Shown here: positions 62,931 through 64,000 of the stretch, in pieces | Layout of the letters: every line of letters begins with the position of its first letter | How positions within the stretch are numbered: the first letter of the stretch is position 1 | DNA from: Chiloscyllium plagiosum | Lineage: Eukaryota | Direction: 5' to 3' | Assembly (NCBI RefSeq): GCF_004010195.1 | Contig: NC_057718.1 | Coordinates: 54,472,749-54,536,748 of the forward strand | DNA length: 64,000 nucleotides | Notes under the pieces: generated by a model | Seen by the model: only the letters and a program-made list of their open reading frames with translations | Databases searched by the model: none | What the model was told of the DNA's origin: nothing | Translations under genes and position numbers: made by a program

Positions 62931-63240
62931 GGGTGGCATGGTGGCTCAGCGGTTTGCACTGCTGCCTCACAGCACCAGGGTCCCAGGTTCAATGTGTGGA
63001 GTTTGCACATTCTTCCCGTGTCTGCGTGGGTTTCCTCCAGGTGCTGTGGCTTCCTCCCACAGTCCAAAGATGTGCAGGTCAGGTGAATTGGCCAAGCTAA
63101 ATTGCCCGTTGTGTTAGGTGCGTTAGTCAGAGGGAAATGGGTCTGGGTGGGTTACCTTTCGGAGGGTCGTTGTGGACTAGTTGGGCCGAAGGGCCTGTTT
63201 CCACACTGTAGAGAAATTAATCTCTAGTCTAATCTGATCT
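62931..63240 (+). mobile_element. HE1-type (V-SINE) SINE
   Basis: A-box TGGCTCAGCGG, B-box start GGTTCAAT, core TGTGGAGTTTGCACATTCTTCCCGTG, tail GGGCCTGTTTCCACACTGT. Confidence 0.85.
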
Positions 63241-64000
63241 GTGTTTCATTACATCATAAGATAGTTTGTCCATTTTCCTTTTGCAAGATGTCAGAATTTG
63301 TAACAGACTGCACAGCATCTACAAGTATTTCAAAGTAGTATGAATTTTGTCCTTGGTCCTCAGGACAGTGCACTAAATAACTTTGAGTTATGTCCCCAGT
63401 TTTGTACTGATGTACTGCTAAAATAGTTTTTCTTCATCTAAAAGTGGTTGTGTATCAAGTATTATGTTATTGGTGGAGAAAGGAGTGAAAGGAGTTGCAT
63501 TATTTGAAAGGTCCTCAATTGAAACTGCACAGTTTAAGATAAGGGAGAAAATTTGAACCTACAATTATGCTTGAAAGTTTCAGTAGAAGTTAAAGATGCA
63601 GTCAATTTTATTCCCTGTTTGGGTATCTCAATTACATTTGCAACAAAAGTAGAGAGCTTTTTTTTAAGCAGCATTATTTATTGTGATTTTTATTGTATGT
63701 CTATATCATTATTGTGCCTATATATTTTGAGATTATTTGCAATGTAAAAACTAGTCACTCTTTAAAACTTGCTATTATACAATTCAGCAAAAATTTAAAC
63801 TAAGCTAATGAATAAAACCCTTTCTTTAAATACAAAACTTGGTTAAATTGGGATGGTAGCATGGGTAGTGTGTCTTACCTGCACCAGATGAAACTTGATG
63901 GGGACCAGTTAGAAATCAAACAACTGTGTCTACAATGTCAGCGACATGAGGGAATTGGCTGGACATTTTGTTCCAGGCGACAGTCATAGTCCTTAAAGTA

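Noticed and set aside
54917-63240. tRNA-like A and B boxes at ~55150-55200 and ~62935-62995
   Set aside because: These are SINE heads; no complete cloverleaf is present.

Overview
This is vertebrate genomic DNA, very likely from a cartilaginous fish (shark), judged from HE1/V-SINE-type SINEs and abundant CR1 LINEs. It covers the ASB3-CHAC2-ERLEC1 locus. It contains six coding exons of ASB3 (minus strand, ATG at 23595, 3' exons off-window to the left), the complete three-exon CHAC2 gene (plus strand, 184 aa) and coding exon 1 of ERLEC1 (plus strand). The introns and spacers are densely filled with mobile DNA: the 5' end of a HERV-I-like endogenous retrovirus, solo LTRs, several CR1 LINEs, Rex1/Babar-, RTE- and L2/Crack-like LINE relics, Tigger-like MITEs and Penelope-like elements (PLEs). 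The most notable signal is a set of PLE terminal-repeat derivatives carrying minimal hammerhead-ribozyme cores. They are inserted as short or fold-back units with 8-15 bp target-site duplications, and a Neptune-type GIY-YIG relic in the window ends in the same sequence. A perfect 49-bp-arm hairpin inside an LTR and a sense-oriented provirus in an ASB3 intron also merit follow-up. All calls were made by eye; no database search was run, and repeat boundaries without TSDs are approximate.
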